Shown in pieces: positions 36,567 through 47,494 of a stretch of 64,000 nucleotides of DNA. Position 1 is the stretch's first letter. Each line of letters opens with the position of its first letter. The position numbers were made by a program, and so were the translations under genes. The notes beneath the pieces were generated by a model. The model worked only from the letters and a program-made list of their open reading frames with translations, did no database searches and was not told the origin of the DNA. This DNA comes from an uncultured bacterium. Its GTDB lineage: Bacteria > Patescibacteriota > Minisyncoccia > Phycocordibacterales > UBA5272. The stretch lies in the NCBI GenBank assembly GCA_903875555.1, contig CAIQWN010000045.1, positions 1,535 to 65,534 of the forward strand, written 5' to 3'.

Positions 36567-38258
36567 ATGGATGATGGCACAAATACAACAACAATAGACA
36601 AAAAAACTTTTCCTATTCCTGTTTTAGAAAAAGAAGACCTAGATTCTGAACTTAAAGAATTGGATACTAAACTGAAAGAACTAGGTACTTCTATTACTTC
36701 TGGTAATGCTGATTTAAAAAAAGAAACAGACGCTTTGTCTACCTTAGAAAAGAAAAGAGGTGTGTTACTTGAGGGAATGGTTTTAAAAAATGAAGAACTT
36801 AAACTTTTAGATGAGAGTAAGTCGGAAAACAAACAAAAAGTAGCCACTTTAAAACAAGAAATTATTAAAATAGAAAAAGAATCAAACGAATTACTGGAAT
36901 CTATTAATAAACTAAATCCTGAAAAAACACAAGAATCTTTAATTGTGTTAGAAAAAACCAAAGATTCTGTTTTAAAAAGATCTTCTGAAGTAGATTTTAC
37001 TTTAAAAAATGCTGAAGTCCTAAGACCTTTTCCAAAGAAACTAAAAACTAGCAGGGATTTAAAAGACCTCTCTAAATATTCACAGTCTTCAAACAAGGGC
37101 GAGAGAATAGAGTTATATAACGATGTAAAAGATGATCCTAATGCTGCAAATCTATTAAGCAACATGTTTAGAGATGATCAGCTTTCTGCCGAGAAAGAGC
37201 ATATTGAAAAAAAGATAGATGAAAAAGCAAAAAATGTTGTGGACGAAGCAAAAAAAGAAATGGAAAGAAGGGCTGAAGAAGCTAAAAAAGTTGTTAAAGA
37301 CATAATGAATGGAAAATCAGTAGGTAAGGAAATTATTTCTCTTCCTATATTAAATGATGTGGTTAATTCAGTAGAAATACCTCTACAAATTGAAAGAAGT
37401 AAAGGTTTGGTTTCTAAAATTTTAGAAGGTCTAAAAAAGAAAAGTGATTTTTTAAAAATGACTCCACACAACAGAAACATTCTTCTAGTTGGTTTACTTA
37501 TGACAATAGGGGTTGGTGTCGTTGTTCGTGCCAATAAAGACACAGAGCTTCCTAATGCTCCACAAAAAAAAGAAGCACTCGTTAAGGAACCTGAAAAATT
37601 AATTTTGCCTGTGCTAATCGAGAAAAAAGAAGCAATAAAAGATGAACCAAAAATAACACCACTTCCAGTAGAAAAGATGGTACCTGTAACTGCACCAGAA
37701 ATAAAAACTGAAAGATTCTTAACATATGACCCAAAACAAAATTGGATGCTTGCAATGGTTCTTGCTGAAAAAATACCAAAAAAGAGCCCAGAAGAGTTAA
37801 ACAGTTTAGTAAAATTTAGAGAGGAAATCAAAAATCTAAAAAATGATGACAATATTAAAAATTATATAAAAAAATATCTAGAAGAAAAAGGTTATCATGG
37901 TTTTGATGATTCAGGCTATGCTTTACTCTCATCAAAAATAAGCACAGACCACACTGACGATGTTGTAATGTATAAAAAAAATACAGTAATGGAGATAATT
38001 GATGAAAAAAAGATTCCACTAACAAAAGCAAGAGCTCTTTCAGTTCTTCAAATGTTCAGAGGTGATGTAGAAAGATCAATAAAAATAGGGGACAGTGAAG
38101 CAATTAGTTCTATAGAACTTCAACCATTGCTTGAAAAATTATATTTATTATCAATAGTAGATAAATTAAATCCCGAAAAACTTTCTGATGAAAAATTACA
38201 AGAAACTAGTTACGTGGAATTTATTAAAACAATTGCCGAAGAAGAAAGAACAAAATAA
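36567..38258 (+). CDS. hypothetical bitopic membrane protein: N-terminal coiled-coil region, one TM, C-terminal extracytoplasmic domain
   Basis: 563 aa, K/E-rich heptad-like N-terminus, TM ILLVGLLMTIGVGVVV; a TATAAT (36549-36554) lies 12 nt upstream of the ATG. Confidence 0.45.
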   Translation: MDDGTNTTTIDKKTFPIPVLEKEDLDSELKELDTKLKELGTSITSGNADLKKETDALSTLEKKRGVLLEGMVLKNEELKLLDESKSENKQKVATLKQEIIKIEKESNELLESINKLNPEKTQESLIVLEKTKDSVLKRSSEVDFTLKNAEVLRPFPKKLKTSRDLKDLSKYSQSSNKGERIELYNDVKDDPNAANLLSNMFRDDQLSAEKEHIEKKIDEKAKNVVDEAKKEMERRAEEAKKVVKDIMNGKSVGKEIISLPILNDVVNSVEIPLQIERSKGLVSKILEGLKKKSDFLKMTPHNRNILLVGLLMTIGVGVVVRANKDTELPNAPQKKEALVKEPEKLILPVLIEKKEAIKDEPKITPLPVEKMVPVTAPEIKTERFLTYDPKQNWMLAMVLAEKIPKKSPEELNSLVKFREEIKNLKNDDNIKNYIKKYLEEKGYHGFDDSGYALLSSKISTDHTDDVVMYKKNTVMEIIDEKKIPLTKARALSVLQMFRGDVERSIKIGDSEAISSIELQPLLEKLYLLSIVDKLNPEKLSDEKLQETSYVEFIKTIAEEERTK

Positions 38259-38276
38259 ATTTTTAAAATTAAAAAC

Positions 38277-38576
38277 ATGGATCAAGAAATACTATACAAA
38301 CAAATAATAGAGGAATGGGAACTAGAAAATGTACCAGAAGATGATAGAACAGAAATTCTAGAAGAAATTGCTAAAACAATACATACACAATTTTTACTTG
38401 ATGCTTATAACGTGTGTGGTGAAGAAAATTTCAAAGCACTAGAGGCTTCTGTTAATATGGGAAATGAGTTTTATGAAACAACCCTCAAACACACAATTCC
38501 AAACTACGAAGAAATTTTTCAGAGAGCAAAAGAAAAAGTGTACATCTCCTTCAAAAAACAAGCACACCTTAGTTAA
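38277..38576 (+). CDS. hypothetical protein, paralog of 18439-18840
   Basis: About 45% identity over a ~70-aa shared block (see 18439-18840). Confidence 0.5.
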   Translation: MDQEILYKQIIEEWELENVPEDDRTEILEEIAKTIHTQFLLDAYNVCGEENFKALEASVNMGNEFYETTLKHTIPNYEEIFQRAKEKVYISFKKQAHLS

Positions 38577-38577
38577 T

Positions 38578-38663
38578 CGTTAGGAAGTTATTCGTTATTA
38601 GTTAACACAAGTCCAGTTTCGCTTTGCGAAACTGGACTTACGACTAACGAATAACTTCCTAAC
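38578..38663. repeat. 86-bp perfect composite hairpin (outer 20-bp stem cgttaggaagttattcgtta, inner hairpin agtccagtttcgc-tttgc-gaaactggact); likely terminator
   Basis: The outer arms contain the ttaggaagttattcgt motif shared with 20077-20092. Confidence 0.6.
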
Positions 38664-38695
38664 GAACAACGAAACGATTATGTTAAACTCTTTTA

Positions 38696-40633
38696 ATGAC
38701 AAAATACGTAATCGGACTTAACGAAAGACAAAAAGACGCTATTAAATACACTGAAGGACCATTACTTATTTTGGCTGGGGCTGGGGCTGGGAAAACTAAA
38801 ACCATAACTGAAAGAATTGTTCAAATAATTAAAAACGGGGTAAACCCAACAAATGTTTTAGCGGTAACTTTTACAAATAAAGCCGCAAGTGAGATGCGTG
38901 AAAGAATTACTCATCGATTAATAGAAGAAAAAATTGCTGAAATTAATCAATACGTTGAAAAACCTATAATAAAAACTTTTCACTCTCTCGGACTTATGAT
39001 GTTATCTGAACAAAGTGAAAATGTGGGATTACACAAACACCCAACAATACTCGATTCGTCTGATTCTCTTTCTATAATAAAATCTGCTTGTGAAAAATTA
39101 GGAGTTGATACTAAGACACATGACCCATCAAAAATAAGAAACATTATCTCACGAGAGAAAGGTGACTTTACTTCTGTGTCTGAATACGAAAAAAAGGTAG
39201 TGAGCGCACAAATGGAAATAGTATTATCTGTGTGGCGACTTTATGAGGAGGAATTAAAAAATCAAAAAGCAGTAGATTTCGATGATTTAATTATAAAAAC
39301 TGTTTTAATGTTAGAAAAATACAAAAATATAAGAGATTACTATCAAGATAGATTTAAATATATACATATAGACGAGTATCAGGATACCAATGCTGCACAA
39401 TATGCTTTGGTTAAATTATTGGTCAACGAAAAAACAAATAATCTTTGTGTGGTGGGGGACACTGATCAAAATATTTATTCTTGGCGAGGAGCAAATCTAA
39501 AAAACATAATGAATTTCGAACATGATTTTCATAATACAAAAATTGTTTTACTTGAAGAAAATTATCGCTCTACAAAAAATATTCTTTCTCTTGCTAATAA
39601 TACAATTAAAAAAAATACTGTTCGTAAAGATAAAAATTTATTCACTTCAAAAGAAGAAGGGGACAAAATAGAAATTTGTCCTGCGTGGGATGAGGGAAGT
39701 GAGGCAGAAATGATTGCCAAAAAATGTAAAGATTTATTAGACAGGGGTGTTGATGGGAAAAATATAGCTATTTTATATAGAGCAAATTTTCAATCGCGAG
39801 TTCTTGAAGAGTTTTTTATAAAAGAAGGGGTTGAATATAACTTATTAGGAACAAAATTTTTTGAGAGAAAAGAAATTAAAGATGTAATGAGTTATTTACG
39901 TGCAGCACTCAACAGGGATTCACAGCCAGATTTAAAAAGAGTTTTTGATACACCCAAAAAGGGAATAGGTAAGACGAGTGTGTTAAAAATTTTTACAGGT
40001 GAGGAGTTACCGCCAAAAACACAAATAAAAATAAATAATGTTTATGAGTTTTTAGATAAAATAAAAACACTACTCGACACAGAAAAACTTTCTCATATCA
40101 TGCAAATGATAATTGTTGATTCTGGAATGGAAAAAGAAATGTTGGAAGGAAGTGACGAAGACAAAGAAAGACTAGAGAACGCGCGCGAACTTGTTTCTTT
40201 CACTTTAAAATATGATGAAAAGGTGGCAAGTGAAATCATTCATGAGTTTCTAGAAGAGGTAGGACTTATGAGTGACCAAGACAATGACAAAAAGGAGCAT
40301 AATGGGGTCAGACTTATGACTGTTCATTCATCTAAAGGACTCGAGTATGATTATATTTTTATTTCTGGGTTAGAACAAGATTTATTCCCACATAAAAATA
40401 TCGGTAATAAAAAAAGAGGTGTTGAGGAAGAGGAAGAAGAGAGAAGATTATTTTATGTGGCGGTTACTCGTGCTAAAAAAGTTCTGTATCTTTGTTATGC
40501 GGAATTAAGAACAATATTCGGGCAAAAACAAATTAATGCTCCGAGTGAATTTCTAGAAGATGTACCAGAAGAAATTAGAAATGACAACGATTTGTATTAT
40601 AAACAAAACGGTGGTAAGGTGGTTTACATATAA
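38696..40633 (+). CDS. UvrD/PcrA/Rep family ATP-dependent DNA helicase
   Basis: Walker A AGAGAGKT; motifs TFTNKAA, DEYQDTN, VGDTDQNIYSWRGA and VHSSKGLEYD. Confidence 0.85.
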   Translation: MTKYVIGLNERQKDAIKYTEGPLLILAGAGAGKTKTITERIVQIIKNGVNPTNVLAVTFTNKAASEMRERITHRLIEEKIAEINQYVEKPIIKTFHSLGLMMLSEQSENVGLHKHPTILDSSDSLSIIKSACEKLGVDTKTHDPSKIRNIISREKGDFTSVSEYEKKVVSAQMEIVLSVWRLYEEELKNQKAVDFDDLIIKTVLMLEKYKNIRDYYQDRFKYIHIDEYQDTNAAQYALVKLLVNEKTNNLCVVGDTDQNIYSWRGANLKNIMNFEHDFHNTKIVLLEENYRSTKNILSLANNTIKKNTVRKDKNLFTSKEEGDKIEICPAWDEGSEAEMIAKKCKDLLDRGVDGKNIAILYRANFQSRVLEEFFIKEGVEYNLLGTKFFERKEIKDVMSYLRAALNRDSQPDLKRVFDTPKKGIGKTSVLKIFTGEELPPKTQIKINNVYEFLDKIKTLLDTEKLSHIMQMIIVDSGMEKEMLEGSDEDKERLENARELVSFTLKYDEKVASEIIHEFLEEVGLMSDQDNDKKEHNGVRLMTVHSSKGLEYDYIFISGLEQDLFPHKNIGNKKRGVEEEEEERRLFYVAVTRAKKVLYLCYAELRTIFGQKQINAPSEFLEDVPEEIRNDNDLYYKQNGGKVVYI

Positions 40634-40639
40634 CTATTT

Positions 40640-41425
40640 ATGAAACCAAAAAAGTCATTTGGGCAAAACTTTTTAACATCTATTCCGGCAAGGAACGAGA
40701 TTGTAAAAGCGGGAGATTTAAAATTGGGAGATGTTGTTTTAGAAATTGGTCCAGGAAAAGGAATTCTTACAGAAAAAATGTTAGAGGAGGGAGCAACAGT
40801 TTACGCGGTTGAAAAAGACAGGGAGTTAATACCAATACTTACAGAAAAATTTGCGAAGAACATTAAGGAAAGTAAGCTAATTTTAATAAACGACGATATT
40901 TTGAATTTTAGTTTTGAAAACTTAAAATTAAAAATTATAAATTATAAATTAATTGCTAATATTCCATACAACATAACTGGTGCAATCATAGAAAAATTTT
41001 TAAGCGAGGAAAACAAACCAAATTTGATGGTTATACTTGTGCAAAAGGAAGTTGCAGAAAGGGTCGTGGCACGAGACAATAAAGAATCTATACTTTCTCT
41101 TTCGGTAAAAGTTTATGGTGAACCAAAAATTATTTATAAAGTAAACAAAGGGAGTTTTTTTCCTATTCCAAAAGTAGATAGTGCTGTTTTAAAAATTTCT
41201 AACATATCGGACAGAAATTTTGAAAATAAAAAACACAAAAAAAACTTTTTCAAAGTTGTTAAAGCCGGGTTTTCTCATAAAAGAAAGTTTTTGATTAGTA
41301 ATTTGAAAGAAAAGATTCCTGAAATAAATTGGTATGAGGCATTTACTAAAAATAATTTAAATGAAAAAACAAGAGCCGAAGATATAACTTTAAAAAACTG
41401 GCTCATGATTTCTAAAAATATTTAA
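40640..41425 (+). CDS. rsmA: 16S rRNA (adenine1518/1519-N6)-dimethyltransferase
   Basis: FGQNFL and LEIGPGKG motifs; 261 aa. Confidence 0.9.
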   Translation: MKPKKSFGQNFLTSIPARNEIVKAGDLKLGDVVLEIGPGKGILTEKMLEEGATVYAVEKDRELIPILTEKFAKNIKESKLILINDDILNFSFENLKLKIINYKLIANIPYNITGAIIEKFLSEENKPNLMVILVQKEVAERVVARDNKESILSLSVKVYGEPKIIYKVNKGSFFPIPKVDSAVLKISNISDRNFENKKHKKNFFKVVKAGFSHKRKFLISNLKEKIPEINWYEAFTKNNLNEKTRAEDITLKNWLMISKNI

Positions 41426-41450
41426 TTACAGGCCCGGCCTGTAATTTCTT
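41424..41450 (+). terminator. intrinsic terminator
   Basis: ttacaggcc-cg-ggcctgtaa followed by tttctt. Confidence 0.5.
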
Positions 41451-41486
41451 AGGACTGTGGAAAAGAAAAGGGGATTAAAGTGATCG

Positions 41487-42458
41487 GTGGTTTATAATGA
41501 GTCTATGGACATGACAAATATTAAAAATAGAATTCTTTTAGTGTGTGGATTTTTTGTAATAGTTTTAATAATTGTTTTTTTGTTTTCAAAAAACTTATTT
41601 GGTAGTAAAAAAGTGACGAACACTAATTTAGGACAACAGAATGATTTGTTGGTTATCCAAAAAATAGAGGGAGGGGATTTGAATGCCGACACCGACGGTG
41701 ACGGACTTAAAAATTGGGAAGAAGCTTTGCTGGGAACAAATCCTAATATTAAAGATAATCCAAATCAAAACATAGAAGGTTCGACTAGTCCTCAATTCAC
41801 TCCGATTGCAAAAGATGATCCATTAAATGATGTAAACAACCTAACGGCACAATTTTCAAAAAATGCATACACAATGGCTAGTTATTTAAACTCAAATGGT
41901 GTGAGTGATAATCAAACCATAGACGAAGTAAGTAAAGGTTTAATTTCTGGAGAAATAACAAAGTTGCTTATCAAAAAATACACAGTAGATGATTTAAAAA
42001 ATGTAGACAAAAACGATACAACAACCTTAAAAAATTATGGCAATCAACTAGCAAATTATGTTGATACCTCTTTCAAGATTATCTTAAACATAGACGAAGA
42101 AAAAATTCTAAACACTTACACTCAAAGTAAAGACGCAAAAGATCTTAGTAAATTAAAAACAAAAATTGATTCTTTGGAAACATTACAAAGTAATTTGAAA
42201 AATATGATCGTTCCAAAAGTTGCTGCCCAAAATCATTTGAATATTTTAAATAGCACAGCATCTTATATCGCTATTTTAAAAAATATAAACACCGTAAACA
42301 CAGACCCTATAAGAGCAGTTGTTGGATATAAAGCGCTTCCACAAATTCTTTTAAATTTCTTTAATAATTTTATTGATCTTAATAAATTCTTTAAAGAAAA
42401 TAAAGTTACTTTTTCAAATAATGAAAAATGGTTCGTGTTTATTAATAAAACAAAATAA
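41487..42458 (+). CDS. membrane-anchored secreted protein with a Ca-binding-like DTDGDGLKNWEE motif (T4SS-like locus)
   Basis: N-terminal signal anchor, D.DGDG..N.EE.L.GTNP thrombospondin-type-3-like repeat, Asn/Thr-rich. Confidence 0.4.
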   Translation: MVYNESMDMTNIKNRILLVCGFFVIVLIIVFLFSKNLFGSKKVTNTNLGQQNDLLVIQKIEGGDLNADTDGDGLKNWEEALLGTNPNIKDNPNQNIEGSTSPQFTPIAKDDPLNDVNNLTAQFSKNAYTMASYLNSNGVSDNQTIDEVSKGLISGEITKLLIKKYTVDDLKNVDKNDTTTLKNYGNQLANYVDTSFKIILNIDEEKILNTYTQSKDAKDLSKLKTKIDSLETLQSNLKNMIVPKVAAQNHLNILNSTASYIAILKNINTVNTDPIRAVVGYKALPQILLNFFNNFIDLNKFFKENKVTFSNNEKWFVFINKTK

Positions 42459-42464
42459 AATTAT

Positions 42465-44546
42465 ATGAAAAAAATTCTTCCAATTTTAATAATTACATTA
42501 TCTATGTCTGTTGGTTTTACACCAACAAAAGCACTTGGAGATATAGTTGAGTGTGTAAACTGTTCTGAGGTTGGTACACAAAATACTTCTTGGTTTGAAC
42601 AAAAACTACAATCTATTCAAGACAAAATGAACATGGGGGCTAACGTTGAAAAAAATGTAAAAAGTAGTATTACCGATCCAATAATGAACGCGCTTCTCTC
42701 TTCTGCGATAGACACAACAAAACAATCACTAAATAATTGGATACAAGGAGGTTTCCAAGGTAACCCGCTCGTAGCTATAAAACCAGAAACTTATTTAAAC
42801 AATGTTGGGAAGAATGTAATCAGAATTAAAATAGGGGAAATATCTAATTCTACAGACAAAAATAAGGGGACTGTTATAAAAAATATTGTTTATAGTGAAA
42901 GAGCAAAACAAAAAAGTATAACAGAGAGAACACAGTCTACACTCGCATCAGATATTAGACAAGACACCTGTACGGATTCAAATCTTAGTAACTACGCAAC
43001 CAAATCTATTACATCACTAGCGGATACTAATTCTCTTTTCTATAAAAACTGTATAAACAATGGAGGAAGTGCAGATACTTGTGATCAAGGTCGTGCTAAT
43101 TTAAACGCTGAAAGTGATGCAACACTTAGTAGTCGCATAGCAGCAAGAAAAAAACAGCTCTATGACAGTCTGTGTCCGCCAGATAAAGAACAAGCCCTGC
43201 TTGATTGTTACTATAATGATAGAAGTGGTCTATGTTTTTCTATGACTGCTTGGGTAGATACCAATCCAAACAACACAGTAGATGGACACACTGCCGAAGT
43301 TGCAAGACTTACAGACGAAGCTGCAGCTGCAAAAGTTGCTCTTGCTGCAAACGATACAAAAGATGGATACATTTCTCAAAAAGATTCTAACGGAAACATT
43401 ATTACACCAGCAGCCATCGTAGCAGAAACTGATAAAATAATTTCTACTGAGTCATCAAAAAGTGCTTTCTATAAAAGTGGTAGTGATTTAACTACTTCAC
43501 TTATTAATAAATTAATAAAAGGTGGACTTAGTTTTCTTAGTAAACAAACAAAGGGGACACTTGCTCAAAGTGGTATAAACAGTACTGTTTTAGATAATTT
43601 TGGTGATTTTGGTAACCTTAATGGGATAGATCTCAATAAAATATTACTATCGGGACAAACCCAAAGTACAGTAAAAGCAATTTATCCAGCAGGAAGCTGT
43701 GGTGCTGACGATCAATGTTATTCAGGATGTATACAAAGCGGACAAATTATTTATCCAGACGGAGTATGTGACACGGTGACGAGTTCTGGTGGTTATAGTT
43801 GTAAATCACAAGATTGTATAACAAAATGTTCCGGTATGATGCAACTTGTAAATAATATTTGTTCTATAAAACCAGCAAGCACCACAGGAAATGACTCTGG
43901 GTCAAACATGTTAGCAGATATGACAAACGATGAGCACGACGCTTTAATTAGTCCAATGCTTAATCGTTTAACATTAGACATCAAAACATTTTCAGCGATA
44001 GTGAATGCTTATGGCACATACACAAGTGATGTTGGTAATTATGTTAATCAAATACAAAACGCTGCTTTGGTTGGATGTTATACACAAATACAAAATGGTG
44101 CTGATACTTATAAAAACCAAGTTGATCAATATAAGAAAAAACAAGTAACCGATCATTACAACTCGCTACTATCAACTTACCAAGGAAATATAAGTGGTTG
44201 GAAATCAAATCTGGATAATCGTTTAAATTATTTAAAAAATATAAAAGCTGGTATAGACGACACAATAAATCAAAGCAATAATGGTATTTCTCGTGCAAAC
44301 AGCACTATTCAAAAATTAATCACATCACGAAACAAAGAAGAAATTAATACTACCTACTTCTCATATAATGACACAACTGGAAACTCTCCAACTGCTGGCT
44401 CTGAAGGTCTTGTTGAACCAAAAAAATTAGAATTGCAATATAATGTCTCAACTTATAACACAGACACTTTGGCACCGATGACTAATAGTTGTAATCAAAT
44501 TAAAAATACAATAGACCAAGATATGGCGAGTTTCATACAACATTAA
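42465..44546 (+). CDS. large secreted Cys-rich protein (T4SS-like locus)
   Basis: Signal peptide MKKILPILIITLSMSVGFTPTKALG; 693 aa with about 30 Cys and a Ser/Thr/Asn-rich composition. Confidence 0.45.
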   Translation: MKKILPILIITLSMSVGFTPTKALGDIVECVNCSEVGTQNTSWFEQKLQSIQDKMNMGANVEKNVKSSITDPIMNALLSSAIDTTKQSLNNWIQGGFQGNPLVAIKPETYLNNVGKNVIRIKIGEISNSTDKNKGTVIKNIVYSERAKQKSITERTQSTLASDIRQDTCTDSNLSNYATKSITSLADTNSLFYKNCINNGGSADTCDQGRANLNAESDATLSSRIAARKKQLYDSLCPPDKEQALLDCYYNDRSGLCFSMTAWVDTNPNNTVDGHTAEVARLTDEAAAAKVALAANDTKDGYISQKDSNGNIITPAAIVAETDKIISTESSKSAFYKSGSDLTTSLINKLIKGGLSFLSKQTKGTLAQSGINSTVLDNFGDFGNLNGIDLNKILLSGQTQSTVKAIYPAGSCGADDQCYSGCIQSGQIIYPDGVCDTVTSSGGYSCKSQDCITKCSGMMQLVNNICSIKPASTTGNDSGSNMLADMTNDEHDALISPMLNRLTLDIKTFSAIVNAYGTYTSDVGNYVNQIQNAALVGCYTQIQNGADTYKNQVDQYKKKQVTDHYNSLLSTYQGNISGWKSNLDNRLNYLKNIKAGIDDTINQSNNGISRANSTIQKLITSRNKEEINTTYFSYNDTTGNSPTAGSEGLVEPKKLELQYNVSTYNTDTLAPMTNSCNQIKNTIDQDMASFIQH

Positions 44547-44611
44547 ACACAAACAACGGTTCAGGGTACAGTAATTACTACAACCCTAGATAGCAACTAA
44601 GAATAAGAAAC

Positions 44612-44659
44612 AAAATAATACTAGTGGCGAAAGATTACTTTCGCCACTAGTATTATTTT
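44612..44659. terminator. perfect 22-bp-stem hairpin (aaaataatactagtggcgaaag-atta-ctttcgccactagtattatttt)
   Basis: Read directly between two operons of the T4SS-like locus. Confidence 0.55.
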
Positions 44660-44716
44660 GTTTCAACCAACCATTTCTCTAACATTTCCCTAATATTTTT
44701 ATGTTACAATAATGAA

Positions 44717-47485
44717 ATGAAAAAGGGTTTTATTTTCCTTCTTTTAGTCATATCTTTTGGTGTGTTTGGTGTGGGGAAGGTGAATGCAGATGCAACACTA
44801 GATACATTAAACGAGAAATTAGACTGGAATCGTGGTACCTATAATAGTTGTATACAAAATAGAGTCAAACTTGAAACTAACTGTGCTGCACAACTTACTG
44901 CTTTTACTACAGCATATAACAATGTTTTAAATTATGATGGTGTGTCTGCGTCTTTGAAAGACACTATGTCTATGTCTCTAAAAACTTACACTGACTGTAT
45001 GGATCGTAACAAACAAGATATCAGTAAATGCCAAAACGAACTTAACCATCTTCAAAATGTTAACACTGCTATTAATAATGTAGAAGGAACAAATAATGCG
45101 CCTAAAGATATCTATGCTGACTGTAACAATAAAACGGGAGCAGAGGCCTCGTCATGTAGAGCAAACGCTCTCGCTTTAGATTGTAGAAACAGTAATTACG
45201 GTAGTAATATTCCAAAAGCTTGCAAAACTATACTAGAAGGTCAAGACAATGCAACAAAGACACTACTCAACGAGCAATTAATAGCAAATAAAAAAAATAA
45301 TCCTTGTGGTGTAAGTTTTATTCCTGGCATAGACTCTTTTAACCTAATAGACTGTGCTGATTCTCTTGTTACTAAATTCATACAATCAACCCTAATCAAA
45401 TACGCACAAATCCTTCTTTATTTTGCCGCCATGACACTTAATGAATCTATACGTTTTGCAATTTTTGATGCTAACGGTAGTGTGTCTCATGTTATTACAG
45501 AACTATATCCTGTGTGGCAATTAATAAGACAACTGGTTGATTATTGTGTTTTGTTTGCGACTCTTTATCTTGGGGCAATGTACATTATGAATATTGAAGC
45601 AGGAAAACAATTTATAGAAAAGCATGTCCCTTGGCTTATTTTGTTCGCTTTGTTTGTTAACTTTTCATATCCAGCAACAAAGGCCATGAAAGACGTCTCT
45701 AATATTATTTCTCTAAAAATTTATGCTTCAACTGTTGGTGGGGAAGTGCTGAATGATAGATTTGGTGCGGGTAATATTATAATGAGTAGTCTTGGTTTGC
45801 CAAGCTTAGTTGGCACAGTAACAGACTCAGGAGGAACATTAGGAAGTAGTGGTGCTGATATTTTAAAAAACACAACAAGCACAATACCATCGCTACTAGT
45901 GTTTGTTATGATAATGTTTATTGCTTTTATTTTTATAATTATTGCTTTCCTAATGATTATGAGTAGTATTGTTTGTGTTTTTATAATTACAGTCTCTCCT
46001 ATTTTATTAATACAAAAAATAATACCAAAACTGGACAACCTTGCTTCAAAAATAAGAGAAGAATTTTTTAATGCTCTTGCCCTACCTGTTGTTTTTACTT
46101 TAATGTTTTTCTTAACAACACAAGTAATAACAAAACTTGCACCATCTCTTCCAAGTTCGTCAGGAGCAGGAGGGCCTACTCTTGTTGTACAAATATTTAA
46201 TGTGGTTTTGATGACTATTTCCTTATGGATAATGTTTAAGGCTACAAAATCTGTAAGCGGAACATTTGGTAAGACAGTAGAAGAATGGGGAGGGAAAGCA
46301 GCTGGTCTTGCCATGATGGCAACACCCGCCATGGCAATGAGAGCAACCGCAGGAAGACTGGGCGCAGGAATGTTAAATTCAAACACAGCTATTGGTGGAT
46401 GGATTGATAAAAACAGAGGAACAATGCTTGGAGACTCATTTCATAAACTTGGCGGAGGTCTTGCGACTAGCACTTTTGATATGAGAAATGCTAAAGGTAT
46501 GCGAGAGTTGGGAGGCATGGGAGGAATTAAAGAAATGGGAACAATGGGAAGTAAAGAAACATTTAAAAACACACTAGACACAAAAGGAAGAAAGCTCGCA
46601 AAAAATGTTGGAGAAACAAAGAGCGAAGAAGGGAAGGAGAGACTACTTAGAAATGTAGGGAAGTATTCTTTGATGTCTCACGAACAAGATTATCTTCGAG
46701 AACAATTAAATAAAAACACAAACATAGTAACTGGGGAGAAAAAACGTGCTAATTATGACAAATCTTCGGTAGGCGAACAATATAAAATATTAAGTGACGA
46801 CCAAGAAGAAGCAATGAAAATAAACAAAGGAATAAAGGATGGAAAAATTACTACAGCCGAAGCTTCAAACGGACCAAAAACAAATTCAGGTTACAAAATG
46901 GGCAATGTCGTTCTTCCGGAAGATAGAAAAAAAGAAGAAAATCAAAAAGAAAAACTAAATAAAAAAATAGAAAATATTTCAGAAGAATATAAAAAAGCAG
47001 CAGGGGAAGACAAACAAAAAATTTATGAAAAACATTCAAATTACAGCGACTCAAAAGACATCCACGAGGCCTTGCAAAACATAGATAGAAACGACACAAA
47101 AAACACTTTCGAATATGACAACAAGAACACATTCGAGGGAAATATAGGGACTGTGCACGATGAAGCAAACAAAGAACATGAAGAGAGAAGAAGAGAAGAG
47201 GTGCAAAATAAATATAACGAGCTTTCTGGTGAAAATAAACAAACATACCACGAATCTCTTTCTCCTGAGGACAAAGAGATGTTAAAATCAAATGACGAAG
47301 AAGAAGCGCATAACACTACTGATAGTTCTTGGGATATGAAGCAAGAAGCTAAACACGATTATCTTTCTCATTTACAAAAACTTCATAAAGAAAATGAATC
47401 AGTTAAAAAAGAAAGTGAAGACTTTGCAACAAAATTTGTAAAAGGAGCACCAAGCGAAAGAAACAGCTTCGAAAAAGCAGCTTAA
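44717..47485 (+). CDS. VirB6/TrbL-like (PrgH/TcpH-type) polytopic membrane protein with N-terminal secreted Cys-rich domain and C-terminal charged tail
   Basis: Signal peptide, ~180-aa Cys-rich extracytoplasmic domain, at least 6 TM helices, Gly-rich segment (GGMGGIKEMGTMG), then a K/E-rich ~300-aa tail. Confidence 0.5.
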   Translation: MKKGFIFLLLVISFGVFGVGKVNADATLDTLNEKLDWNRGTYNSCIQNRVKLETNCAAQLTAFTTAYNNVLNYDGVSASLKDTMSMSLKTYTDCMDRNKQDISKCQNELNHLQNVNTAINNVEGTNNAPKDIYADCNNKTGAEASSCRANALALDCRNSNYGSNIPKACKTILEGQDNATKTLLNEQLIANKKNNPCGVSFIPGIDSFNLIDCADSLVTKFIQSTLIKYAQILLYFAAMTLNESIRFAIFDANGSVSHVITELYPVWQLIRQLVDYCVLFATLYLGAMYIMNIEAGKQFIEKHVPWLILFALFVNFSYPATKAMKDVSNIISLKIYASTVGGEVLNDRFGAGNIIMSSLGLPSLVGTVTDSGGTLGSSGADILKNTTSTIPSLLVFVMIMFIAFIFIIIAFLMIMSSIVCVFIITVSPILLIQKIIPKLDNLASKIREEFFNALALPVVFTLMFFLTTQVITKLAPSLPSSSGAGGPTLVVQIFNVVLMTISLWIMFKATKSVSGTFGKTVEEWGGKAAGLAMMATPAMAMRATAGRLGAGMLNSNTAIGGWIDKNRGTMLGDSFHKLGGGLATSTFDMRNAKGMRELGGMGGIKEMGTMGSKETFKNTLDTKGRKLAKNVGETKSEEGKERLLRNVGKYSLMSHEQDYLREQLNKNTNIVTGEKKRANYDKSSVGEQYKILSDDQEEAMKINKGIKDGKITTAEASNGPKTNSGYKMGNVVLPEDRKKEENQKEKLNKKIENISEEYKKAAGEDKQKIYEKHSNYSDSKDIHEALQNIDRNDTKNTFEYDNKNTFEGNIGTVHDEANKEHEERRREEVQNKYNELSGENKQTYHESLSPEDKEMLKSNDEEEAHNTTDSSWDMKQEAKHDYLSHLQKLHKENESVKKESEDFATKFVKGAPSERNSFEKAA

Positions 47486-47494
47486 AAAAATAAT